Shown in pieces: positions 16,776 through 25,839 of a DNA stretch of 64,000 nt. The translations under genes and the position numbers were made by a program. Numbering within the stretch: the first letter of the stretch is position 1; every line of letters starts with the position of its first letter. The notes under the pieces are model-generated. The model saw only the letters and a list, made by a program, of their open reading frames with translations. It was not told the DNA's origin and did not search any database. The stretch covers positions 2,104 to 66,103 of the forward strand of contig CALXZK010000009.1 in NCBI GenBank assembly GCA_944393225.1. The letters are read 5' to 3'. The DNA is from an uncultured Alphaproteobacteria bacterium. GTDB lineage: Bacteria > Pseudomonadota > Alphaproteobacteria > RF32 > CAG-239.

Positions 16776-16791
16776 AAACAAAGGCTTTCAG
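16776..16791. repeat. 16-nt direct repeat AAACAAAGGCTTTCAG, right copy (candidate attR-like junction)
   Basis: Identical to 307-322. Located 18 nt beyond the point where the DUF3631-like frame closes. Confidence 0.55.
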
Positions 16792-16846
16792 AGATATAAT
16801 CGGTTATGTCTGAATAAACTTATGCACAATCGCTGATTTTTGAAGA

Positions 16847-17440
16847 TTGCGCCGAATGTTTGTTGGATACATACCACATAATCAAGATCAAGCAGACTAT
16901 GCTGATCAATATCAAAGCCTTAACGCTTTTGCAAAAGAGAATGGCATTGTAATTGGGTGTGTTCACTCTAGCGATAATTTTGAAAATGTTAAAAGCATTA
17001 TTCAAGCCGATTGTGAAGGTATCCTTATTAACAAAATAAGTAATATCGGTCCTTATTTACAAGATATAAAAGAAAATCTTCAGTTTTGTCAGGAAAGGAA
17101 TCTGAAACTATTTTCGATTGATGAAGGTTATATTTTTGATAATTCCAACTTGACTGACGATTTTTTCAAAGGAATGGATGTTACTATTGATATTCGTAGT
17201 CACTTAATTTCACAATCCACAAGAAAAGTTTTAAGCCAACGCAAAAAAGAAGGCAAAAAACTTGGTCGCCCATTCGGCGCAAAAGTCAAATCCAAGTTAG
17301 AAAAAAATTCAGAAAAAATTTTACAAATGCTTAATGCTGGTATTTCAAAGTCAGAAATAGCAAGACAGCTAGGCTTTAATCGTGCATCCATCTATGCTTT
17401 TGCCAGAAGACACGGAATTTCTTTTAGTCGAGGAGGTTAG
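16847..17440 (+). CDS. resolvase/invertase-like protein lacking the catalytic serine, with C-terminal HTH, 197 aa
   Basis: FVGYIPHNQDQADY aligns to the resolvase motif (I/V)GYARVSTxxQ, but has P-H-N where R-V-S is expected. The C-terminus GISKSEIARQLGFNRASIYAFARRHGI is an HTH_7-like helix. The track start is TTG. The first ATG is at 16856. Confidence 0.6.
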   Translation: MRRMFVGYIPHNQDQADYADQYQSLNAFAKENGIVIGCVHSSDNFENVKSIIQADCEGILINKISNIGPYLQDIKENLQFCQERNLKLFSIDEGYIFDNSNLTDDFFKGMDVTIDIRSHLISQSTRKVLSQRKKEGKKLGRPFGAKVKSKLEKNSEKILQMLNAGISKSEIARQLGFNRASIYAFARRHGISFSRGG

Positions 17441-17553
17441 TAATGCCAAAGGTTTCAGTAAGTATTTCTATTTATAATACAAAGCTAAAATATTCAAAAG
17501 ACGTTACGCAATCTATTTTTACATATACTTACCATTTGTAAAAGGATGATATA

Positions 17554-18672
17554 ATGAATAAACATTTTCGCAATTTGGTTGTGGGAGCCGGTTTAAGCGG
17601 GGCTACAATAGCTCGAAAATTGGCTGAAGAGTTAAATCAGGAGGTTGTCGTTATTGATGCCAAGAATCATGTAGCCGGAAATTGCTTTGATTATAGAGAT
17701 GAAAATGGCATTATGATTCATAAATATGGTTCTCATATTTTTCACACAAATAATGAAGATGTTTGGAGCTTTTTAAAAAGGTTTGCCGATTTTAATCAGT
17801 ATATGCACAAAGTTGTTGCTATTATCGATGGTATAGAAACAACAATTCCTTTTAATTTTAATACATTATATAATGTTTTTCCTAAAACCATGGCAAAACG
17901 TTTAGAAGAAAAACTGTTAGGAAGATTTTCTTATAACAAGAAGATACCGATTTTGGAATTTAAAAAGCAAGATGATGAAGATTTAAAATATTTAGCTGAT
18001 TATGTTTATGAAAAAGTATTTTTGCATTATACAACAAAGCAGTGGGGTGTATCTCCAAATGACGTTGATGGTGCGGTAACGGCACGAGTTCCCGTTTATT
18101 TGAGTAAAGATAATCGTTATTTTCAGGATAAATATCAAGGTATTCCTCTTCAAGGTTATACAAAGATGGTTAACAATATTCTTAACCATCCAAATATTGA
18201 AATTCGCTTAGGGCTGAAATACAAAGATTGCAATGAAAAATGGGATAGAATTTTTTATACCGGTGCAATAGACGAGTTTTTTGATTATAAATTCGGACAA
18301 CTTCCTTACAGAAGCGTCAAATTTAAGTTTGAAGAGCATGATAGAGAATTTTATCAACAAAATTCTGTTGTTAATTATCCTTGCAATTATGATTTTACGC
18401 GAATTCATGAATATAAACATTATCTCAATGATAAATCTTCCAAGACCGTTATTGCAAAAGAATATTCTGAAGCTTTTGAAGTTGGAAAGAATGAAAGATA
18501 TTATCCAATACCCAATGATACTAATGAAACTCTGTATGCAAAATATAAAGAAGAAGCTGAAAAATTGGAAAATGTTTATTTTTTAGGGCGTCTGGGGGAT
18601 TATAAATATTATGATATGGATAAAACTGTTTATAGAGCGTTAGAGCTATTTAACAAAGTTAAAGAGGAATAG
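17554..18672 (+). CDS. glf: UDP-galactopyranose mutase
   Basis: VVGAGLSGATIA (FAD-binding), YGSHIFHTNN, YTTKQWG, DKYQGIPLQGYT and GRLGDYKYYDMD. Confidence 0.92.
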   Translation: MNKHFRNLVVGAGLSGATIARKLAEELNQEVVVIDAKNHVAGNCFDYRDENGIMIHKYGSHIFHTNNEDVWSFLKRFADFNQYMHKVVAIIDGIETTIPFNFNTLYNVFPKTMAKRLEEKLLGRFSYNKKIPILEFKKQDDEDLKYLADYVYEKVFLHYTTKQWGVSPNDVDGAVTARVPVYLSKDNRYFQDKYQGIPLQGYTKMVNNILNHPNIEIRLGLKYKDCNEKWDRIFYTGAIDEFFDYKFGQLPYRSVKFKFEEHDREFYQQNSVVNYPCNYDFTRIHEYKHYLNDKSSKTVIAKEYSEAFEVGKNERYYPIPNDTNETLYAKYKEEAEKLENVYFLGRLGDYKYYDMDKTVYRALELFNKVKEE

Positions 18673-18745
18673 ATGTTTTTAATCCTAAGATAAAAAAATC
18701 TAATAGAAATGTAGATGTTTTCCGTTTAAGAAAGAAAGTAAAAAA

Positions 18746-19909
18746 ATGTATCAACTTGTTATTCGAATTTTAGCTTCTTTTATTCGCGATAAAGAGAAAC
18801 GTAAGAATTTCAGAAGAAAGCTATTAAACTCTGTAAACAATAAATGTTTTAAGGAATATCATTTTAAAAAAAATTTATGTAAAAAAGACGTCGCTCTTGT
18901 TGGGTTGTGGGGAAATGTAAATTATGGAAGTGTATTAACAAATTTTGCTGCTTATCATTTTATCAAAGATTTGGGTAAAAGTGTTTTGCTAATAGAACGA
19001 CCTAAAAAATCATTAGAGGAACCATATGTCGGAAATATTTTTAGGAAAATTCCATATCCCTCTGAGGACGTGTCATGTCAATATGATACTATCGAAGATA
19101 TGAAAGAATTAAATGATGTGTCAGACACTTTTATTGTAAATTCTGATATTTTATATGGAGAATATTCTGTTCGCGTTTTTAGTCAATTCATGCTTTTAGA
19201 TTATATTCATAATGATAAAAATAAATATACCTATGCTGCGTCTTTTGGATTTGATACTTTTACCGGTAATGAAATGCTCCGACAAAAGATAGAGACATCT
19301 CTTAGTTTTTTTAAAAAATTTACAGTCAGAGAAAAAAGCGGAATTCATGTTTCAAAAAAATATTTTAATGTAGATGCAGAGTGGGTGCTGGATCCTCTTT
19401 TTTTGTGTGATATAAATCACTTTAAAGACTTTGCTCAAAGGGGAAAATCGCTCGTTTCTAAAGGACTTTGTTGTTATATATTGGATACGGCAGAACATGA
19501 TGGTTTAAAAGTTGTTGAAGATGTATCGCAAACATTAAATTTAAAGAATTATGTTATTAGTGACTATCAAAGATATGATAATAGGAAAAAAGATGTTACC
19601 ATTGAAGATTGGCTCGCTACATATTTAGATAGTGAATTTATTATTACAGATTCATTTCACGGCACTTGTATGGCCATTATTTTGAAAAAACCATTTATTA
19701 CTATTGCTAATGTCCGTCGTGGTTTTACAAGGTTTGAATCTATTTTAGAATTAGCCGGTTTAAGAGATCGCTTAATTTTAAATTTTGACGAATACAAAGC
19801 TAAAAAAGAAATGCTCTTAAAAAAACCGATAAACTGGGAAGAGGTATCTCTCAATATGCAAGAAAAGATTAAGCGATCTAAAGAAATTTTTAGAGAAATG
19901 ATTGAGTAA
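18746..19909 (+). CDS. polysaccharide pyruvyl transferase family protein, 387 aa
   Basis: FIITDSFHGTCMAIILKKPFI resembles the conserved PS_pyruv_trans C-terminal motif. Glycan-cluster context supports the call. Confidence 0.55.
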   Translation: MYQLVIRILASFIRDKEKRKNFRRKLLNSVNNKCFKEYHFKKNLCKKDVALVGLWGNVNYGSVLTNFAAYHFIKDLGKSVLLIERPKKSLEEPYVGNIFRKIPYPSEDVSCQYDTIEDMKELNDVSDTFIVNSDILYGEYSVRVFSQFMLLDYIHNDKNKYTYAASFGFDTFTGNEMLRQKIETSLSFFKKFTVREKSGIHVSKKYFNVDAEWVLDPLFLCDINHFKDFAQRGKSLVSKGLCCYILDTAEHDGLKVVEDVSQTLNLKNYVISDYQRYDNRKKDVTIEDWLATYLDSEFIITDSFHGTCMAIILKKPFITIANVRRGFTRFESILELAGLRDRLILNFDEYKAKKEMLLKKPINWEEVSLNMQEKIKRSKEIFREMIE

Positions 19910-20091
19910 AATTGGTCGTTTTCATGAAAAAGGTTGATGAAAAAGAATGCACTTAATTTTACCGCTAAAAAAATGCTGTGATTGTTAATTATAATAATGA
20001 TACTTGGGCATACGTGTTTAATTAGAGCAGATTTTTTTAGAGATAAAGCCGTATGAATATTATAAAAGGTTTGGTTGAAGGAGATGAATAG

Positions 20092-21039
20092 ATGGCGACA
20101 GTATCAATAATTATTCCCGTATATAATGTTGATCGGTATTTGGCGCGTTGCCTTGACAGTGTATTATCTCAGACATTTCAAGATATAGAAATTATTTGTG
20201 TTAATGATGGCTGTACTGATAATTCTGCGCAAATTTTGACGGATTATGAAAGAAAAGATAAAAGAATAAAGATAATCACGCAAAAAAATCAAGGCTTGTC
20301 TGAAGCCCGTAACACTGGTTTAAAACATGCAACCGGAGAATATATTTATTTTATCGATTCTGATGATGCTATTGAGCCACAAACAATTGAGATTTGCTAT
20401 AAAACAGCCTTAGCATATCAAGCCGAGTTGGTTTCTTTTTATTTAAAAAAATCTGATGGCATAACGCTTCCTTCTTTAATGTTAAATACAGAAAATATTC
20501 AAGCTGAGATATATAATCAACCTCTATATTGTGGTTGTTCCGGCAAAAAACGTATTCCGTTTAGTGTTTGTACAAAATTTTATAAAGCAAGTTTGTTAAA
20601 AAATTTAGAGTTTATAAAAGGGATTCAATTTGAGGATTATCCTTTTACTTATGCGGTATTATTAAAGCACCCAAAAACAGCCGTTATTCCATTAAATTTA
20701 TATCTATATACCACGAATCTTGCTTCAATATCACATCAAAAATCTACCGTAAAACAAATTGCAGATTATTGGAAAGGCATTTCTTATATTATATCTTTAT
20801 ATTCTCAAAAGGGGTATGAAAAAGAACTGAAATTCTTTACAAGGAATGGTTTGCCTCGCTTATTAAAACATCAATATGTAAAATGCAAACGAGCCTCAGA
20901 TGAAGACAGTTCAGAAATGTGGAGAATTTTTACTAATGAACTTTATGATTTAGAACAAAAGAAATTGCTTTCACCCATCGGACATAATTTATGGAGATAT
21001 TATCAGTATAAAAAGCTTATAAAAAATAAAACATGTTGA
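20092..21039 (+). CDS. family 2 glycosyltransferase, 315 aa
   Basis: VSIIIPVYNVDRYLARCLDSVLSQTFQDIEIICVNDGCTDNS and YFIDSDD (DxD). Confidence 0.88.
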   Translation: MATVSIIIPVYNVDRYLARCLDSVLSQTFQDIEIICVNDGCTDNSAQILTDYERKDKRIKIITQKNQGLSEARNTGLKHATGEYIYFIDSDDAIEPQTIEICYKTALAYQAELVSFYLKKSDGITLPSLMLNTENIQAEIYNQPLYCGCSGKKRIPFSVCTKFYKASLLKNLEFIKGIQFEDYPFTYAVLLKHPKTAVIPLNLYLYTTNLASISHQKSTVKQIADYWKGISYIISLYSQKGYEKELKFFTRNGLPRLLKHQYVKCKRASDEDSSEMWRIFTNELYDLEQKKLLSPIGHNLWRYYQYKKLIKNKTC

Positions 21040-21111
21040 TTTTTTATAAGAATAATGAATCCTTTATAAAAAAAACAACCCGTATTTCTATCTGTTTCTG
21101 AGAGTTAAGTA

Positions 21112-21936
21112 ATGATACAAATATATTCTTGCAACCATAAACCATATACCAGAGTTAATAGCAATATAGTTCTTCCCATTCATGTCGGGAAATCTGTATC
21201 TAAATTGGATTTAGGATATATCGGCGATAATACGGAAGATAATATTTCTGAAAAAAATCCATACTTTTGTGAACTAACCGCCACGTATTGGATTTGGAAA
21301 AATGTAAAGGCAGAAATTGTAGGTTTATTTCATTATCGCAGATTTTTAAATTTTAAAAATGCCGAGACAAAAACAAATAAAATAGATGCTGATTTTGCCT
21401 TAAAATATGGAATAACAGAAGAAAATATAAAAAATATATTTAATGATTATGATCTCATTCTTCCTTGTAAAACCAAACGAACCTCAACATCACTATATGA
21501 TTATTATAGCAAAGAACATTTTGCTTCTGATATGGATTTGGTTTTAGACATTATAAAACAAAAATATCCATCAGATTATCAAATTGCCGTAAGCGAATTA
21601 AAAGAAAATTCTCAAATGTATAGAGGAAATATGCTTATTGCAAAAAAACAAGTATTTGATCTTTATGCTGAGTGGTTATTTAATATTTTATTTGAAGTTG
21701 AAAAACAAATTCATGCCGAGGTCTTAAAAAGAGATAACTATCAGCAACGCGTTTATGGATTTTTGGCAGAGAGATTAATGGGAGTTTTTGTGGCAACACA
21801 TAAAAATTTAAAAGTAAAAGAACTTCCAATGCTTTTTATTGAAGAAGATAAGAAAAAATATAGAAAATATAGATTTAGACAATTAATAAAACGTTTTTTT
21901 GCTTCCATTGGAATAGGAAAAAGATTTATTCTGTAG
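21112..21936 (+). CDS. DUF4422-like glycan biosynthesis protein, 274 aa
   Basis: NPYFCELTATYWIWKN...GLFHYRRF pattern, from memory of DUF4422. Confidence 0.55.
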   Translation: MIQIYSCNHKPYTRVNSNIVLPIHVGKSVSKLDLGYIGDNTEDNISEKNPYFCELTATYWIWKNVKAEIVGLFHYRRFLNFKNAETKTNKIDADFALKYGITEENIKNIFNDYDLILPCKTKRTSTSLYDYYSKEHFASDMDLVLDIIKQKYPSDYQIAVSELKENSQMYRGNMLIAKKQVFDLYAEWLFNILFEVEKQIHAEVLKRDNYQQRVYGFLAERLMGVFVATHKNLKVKELPMLFIEEDKKKYRKYRFRQLIKRFFASIGIGKRFIL

Positions 21937-21979
21937 GTGCGGAATAAAAAAATCAAAAATTATAGATTGCGAGATAAAT

Positions 21980-22918
21980 ATGAAACAAATTCAAAATATA
22001 ATAGATATCATAAGAGGAAAAAAGCACCTTCAATTTCAAGCCAGTCCTAAAGTCATGTCTCCAAACATGCCTGAAATTTATAATAAACAAGGAGAAAAGT
22101 TAGAAACTATATATTTTAAAGATAACTTTTTATCTCCTTATGCATGGCAAGGAGATAAATTATTCTTTGACCGCTATAACTTTGGCTTGGAAAAGCATTT
22201 ATATACTCATCAACATATGTTAAAAACGGATGGAACCCCTCTAAAGAAGTATGGCGCTTTTGTTGAATCTGAAGCGATTGTTCCCGATGATTATAAAATT
22301 TTTAACAAACACAAATTATTGGCACAAGAATTTGAAAAAATATTTACTTGGTCGGAAGATTTATTAAATAAATTACCTAACGCACGTTTTCTTCCTGCGG
22401 CTCGAGCTTGGGTTAAAAATGATGATGAACAATTATTTATGAAAAAAAATAAAATGATTTCTATGATTTGTTCAAAAAAATCAATTACGCAATATCATAA
22501 ATTGAGAATCCAAATAGCAAGAGAATTAAAGAAAAGTTCTCTAGGTGATGTTTTTGGTTCATTTGACGGCGGCTCTAGGTTTGCAAATAAGGAAGATACT
22601 TTACTAGACTATTATTATCAAGTCGTTGTTGAAAATGATGTCCTCGGATATTATTTTACAGAAAAAATATTAGATTGTTTTATGTCATTTACGATACCTG
22701 TATATATTGGGGCTACAAAAATTAGTCAATTTTTTAATCCGGACGGTATAATTCAGATTTCACCCAAGGATTATAATAATATTTCAGAGATAATTAAAAA
22801 ACTTGATAAACAGTATTATGAAGAGCATCTTGATGCGATAAAGGACAACTATTATCGGGCAGTAAAATTAAATGATATAAATTCGTATTTATATCATCAA
22901 ATAAACACCGATAAATAA
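21980..22918 (+). CDS. putative glycosyltransferase (GT10 fucosyltransferase-like C-terminal motif), 312 aa
   Basis: YYYQVVVENDVLGYYFTEKILDCFMSFTIPVYIG resembles the FENS...YxTEK...PVxxG motif. Confidence 0.4.
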   Translation: MKQIQNIIDIIRGKKHLQFQASPKVMSPNMPEIYNKQGEKLETIYFKDNFLSPYAWQGDKLFFDRYNFGLEKHLYTHQHMLKTDGTPLKKYGAFVESEAIVPDDYKIFNKHKLLAQEFEKIFTWSEDLLNKLPNARFLPAARAWVKNDDEQLFMKKNKMISMICSKKSITQYHKLRIQIARELKKSSLGDVFGSFDGGSRFANKEDTLLDYYYQVVVENDVLGYYFTEKILDCFMSFTIPVYIGATKISQFFNPDGIIQISPKDYNNISEIIKKLDKQYYEEHLDAIKDNYYRAVKLNDINSYLYHQINTDK

Positions 22919-22976
22919 AAAATAGTGAGTTTGGCTCCCTACCTATTGTTTTATCTTAGATATTAAAATTATAAAA

Positions 22977-23008
22977 AAACAGCACTGTTTTATAAAACAG
23001 TGCTGTTT
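22977..23008. terminator. bidirectional terminator (32-nt perfect palindrome)
   Basis: AAACAGCACTGTTTTA/TAAAACAGTGCTGTTT, between convergent genes. Confidence 0.7.
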
Positions 23009-23020
23009 GTAGAAGTTTTT

Positions 23021-23290
23021 TTAACAACCGCGATAACGTCTTTCAGTTGTTTTGTTTTTTCGTTCCGTTGGAGGAAATTTTTCTTCACATCCTTCAGCAA
23101 AATGGGAAAACTCGGAATAATAAAAATTCAAAATTTCTTGCTCTTTGCTGTTGGGATTAACGGCTAACGTAATCTCATTGAATCGGCAGACAACGCCTTT
23201 TTTGCTTTGTTGTGCTTTTACAATCATAGCCCTGACCACATCGGCTATACCTTCACCGCTTTTCACTTCATAAAACTCAATGTCTTTCAT
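23021..23290 (-). CDS. hypothetical protein, 89 aa
   Basis: ORF only. Start lies 5 nt after the stop of the upstream gene. Confidence 0.4.
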   Translation of the reverse strand: MKDIEFYEVKSGEGIADVVRAMIVKAQQSKKGVVCRFNEITLAVNPNSKEQEILNFYYSEFSHFAEGCEEKFPPTERKNKTTERRYRGC

Positions 23291-23294
23291 ATCT

Positions 23295-23768
23295 TTAGTT
23301 TTTCACATTTTTTAAGCTATCCGGCATTGTTTTATTTGCTTCTGTGTTGGTTTGAGGTTGGCTGATAATTTGTGCTTTTTCCTCTTTTTCAGAATTTTCT
23401 TTAAAAACAATGCTCAATGCCAATATTTGTTCTTGGCAGATATCCTTAAAACGCTTTTTCACACTATCGGATATGGCAACAACATCTTTTTCTGAAGTTC
23501 CGCCTTGTTTGATGATTTGCTCTTTGGTCAGAACTTTAATCAAATCTTTGGTATCTTCTGCGTTTATTTTTTGCACAGAGACCGTGATATATTCAATTTC
23601 ACACTGCACATTTTGGCTGATATCCGTTTTTATCGTGCCTTTTTGCAATTTGTTTTCGGCCTGTGTTTTTTCTTCCGTAAAATGCGGAATAATATTTTTT
23701 TGATACAAAATAACGCCGGCAATAACAAAAGCCAGCATGATTACGAATGCTGTCACAAAACTTTTCAT
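23295..23768 (-). CDS. membrane-anchored hypothetical protein, 157 aa
   Basis: N-terminal TM segment FVTAFVIMLAFVIAGVILY. Confidence 0.45.
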   Translation of the reverse strand: MKSFVTAFVIMLAFVIAGVILYQKNIIPHFTEEKTQAENKLQKGTIKTDISQNVQCEIEYITVSVQKINAEDTKDLIKVLTKEQIIKQGGTSEKDVVAISDSVKKRFKDICQEQILALSIVFKENSEKEEKAQIISQPQTNTEANKTMPDSLKNVKN

Positions 23769-23868
23769 AATGATAATTTTTAAAATTGTTAAACATAAAA
23801 ATTAATTTGTAATCGTATGTTTAACTTTTTTGTGTTTTTTGTCAATATTTTTTATCTGCAGCGATTTT

Positions 23869-25815
23869 TTATTTTTTCTCAGTTTCCGGAACCTGTTTTT
23901 CTTCCTCTTGCTCGGTTTTGCGACCACGCAAGTTGGCTAAAAACTGCGCTTCCATTTTCATATATTGCGTCAACAACCAGCGCGATTGGAACAAAACCAA
24001 TACCGTACCGCAAAGCATGAGTATAATCACCTCAACATTTTCGGTTAAGAAATGGTGCACAACGGTTACGATGAAAAAGCATATCAACAACAAACGCAAA
24101 CTGGTCATAACTGCCAAAGGCAAGCGGTTGCTCTTTTTTGCCATCCAGAGTTTATAATAAATTTTTGCCAAAACGCTGTTGGAAACAAAAAAGTTGCGGA
24201 CGTTTTCAACATTTTCCGACCAACCGCTGAAAAAGTCAAATTTGTCTTCCAACTTTTTGACGACACCTTCTTTATTTTCGCCCTCACCTTCTGTGGCTTC
24301 CGTTACTTTGGGTTTTTTCCAGAAAAAGAGATATCTTATTGTACCGATAATAAAGCTCGGCAAAATAGCTTCCCAGCCAATGAGCGCTTTTAAGAACGGA
24401 GCCATTAAGACCAAGGTGATGGTTGTGGTGGTGATGCGTCCCCATAATCCCGGAAAGAGCGTATGCATAAAGGGCTGAATGTAGCTACCGGAAATGATGA
24501 TGATAAAGTATAGAATCATCGAAAACAAAATCAGGCGCAAGAAGTAGTTTTTAAATAACTCTCCCCACATTTTTTCTTCTGACGGTGTGGCACTTGGTGC
24601 TTTTTCGGTCTTATTAAAATATTCCGCCAATTTTACCGGCATAATTCCCATCAATTTTTTATAAAACGGATCAGCGGCTTTTATCATCATCGGGGTGAAA
24701 AACGTGGTAATGACGCACACGGCAACGATAATCGGATAAACATTGGCATCCAGCACGCCCAAGCTCATACCTAAAGAAGCAATAATAAAGGCAAACTCAC
24801 CGACTTGTGCTAAAGAGAAACCACCCGAAATTGCTGTTTTTAACGGCTGACCGGAAACAATAAATCCTAAGCAAGACAAAGTGGTGTTTCCAATCATCAC
24901 GATGGCCGTAATCACCAAAATCGGTTTAGCATATTCAATAAACAATATCGGATTAACCATCATACCGACAGAAACGAAAAAGACCGCGCCGAAAAAGTCT
25001 TTCAAAGGCTTGATGTTCTTTTCAATCTTATCAATCACTTCGGTTTCTGATAAAATGGAACCCATTAAGAATGCTCCCAAGGCTGAAGAAAAGCCAAATC
25101 CCGTTGCCAGCAAAACCATGCCGAAACACATGCTGACCGTGATTAAGAGCAACATCTCGTCATTCAAATATTTACTGATTTTATTCAAAAATGTCGGAAC
25201 CAGATAAATACCGATGATAAAGCACAAAATTAAAAAGAAGAACAACTTTGCAGCGCTGATAAGGAGTTGTCCGCCGTCAATACTACTGCCGACTGCAACC
25301 ATCGGTAACATCACCAACATTAAAATACCGACCAAATCTTCTACCACAAGCACGCCAAAAACCAAATCGGTAAACTTTTGTTTTTTGATATTTAAGTCAT
25401 CAAAAGCTTTGATAATAATGGTAGTTGAGGACATGGATATCATGCTGCCCAAAAAGAAGCTGTCCATGGTGGACCACCCTAACAACAAGCCCGTACTATA
25501 ACCGATGAAAAGCATGAATAATACGTTGGAGTTGGCTGTTATCATCGCTGACTTGCCCACATTCATCATTTTTTTGAAGCTAAACTCTAAGCCCAAGCCA
25601 AAAAGCAAGAAAATGACACCGATTTCGCCCCATAAGGTTAGATTTTCTTTATCACTCACGGTCGGTAAAAAGTTAAAATGCGGTCCAGCTAAAATACCGG
25701 CCAAGACATAGCCCAAAACAATCGGCTGTTTGAACTTTTTGCAAAATAATGTGGTCAAACCGGCATAAATCGTGATTAAAGTTAAATCCACAATCAGCGT
25801 ATGAATCGAGTGCAT
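23869..25815 (-). CDS. cation:proton antiporter (CPA2/Kef-type) with extra C-terminal TM region, 648 aa
   Basis: Multi-TM Na_H_exchanger-like N-terminal ~400 aa (PIVLGYVLAGILAGP, GLEFS). No KTN domain seen. Confidence 0.75.
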   Translation of the reverse strand: MHSIHTLIVDLTLITIYAGLTTLFCKKFKQPIVLGYVLAGILAGPHFNFLPTVSDKENLTLWGEIGVIFLLFGLGLEFSFKKMMNVGKSAMITANSNVLFMLFIGYSTGLLLGWSTMDSFFLGSMISMSSTTIIIKAFDDLNIKKQKFTDLVFGVLVVEDLVGILMLVMLPMVAVGSSIDGGQLLISAAKLFFFLILCFIIGIYLVPTFLNKISKYLNDEMLLLITVSMCFGMVLLATGFGFSSALGAFLMGSILSETEVIDKIEKNIKPLKDFFGAVFFVSVGMMVNPILFIEYAKPILVITAIVMIGNTTLSCLGFIVSGQPLKTAISGGFSLAQVGEFAFIIASLGMSLGVLDANVYPIIVAVCVITTFFTPMMIKAADPFYKKLMGIMPVKLAEYFNKTEKAPSATPSEEKMWGELFKNYFLRLILFSMILYFIIIISGSYIQPFMHTLFPGLWGRITTTTITLVLMAPFLKALIGWEAILPSFIIGTIRYLFFWKKPKVTEATEGEGENKEGVVKKLEDKFDFFSGWSENVENVRNFFVSNSVLAKIYYKLWMAKKSNRLPLAVMTSLRLLLICFFIVTVVHHFLTENVEVIILMLCGTVLVLFQSRWLLTQYMKMEAQFLANLRGRKTEQEEEKQVPETEKK

Positions 25816-25839
25816 CTACAATCCTCAAACAAATATCAG

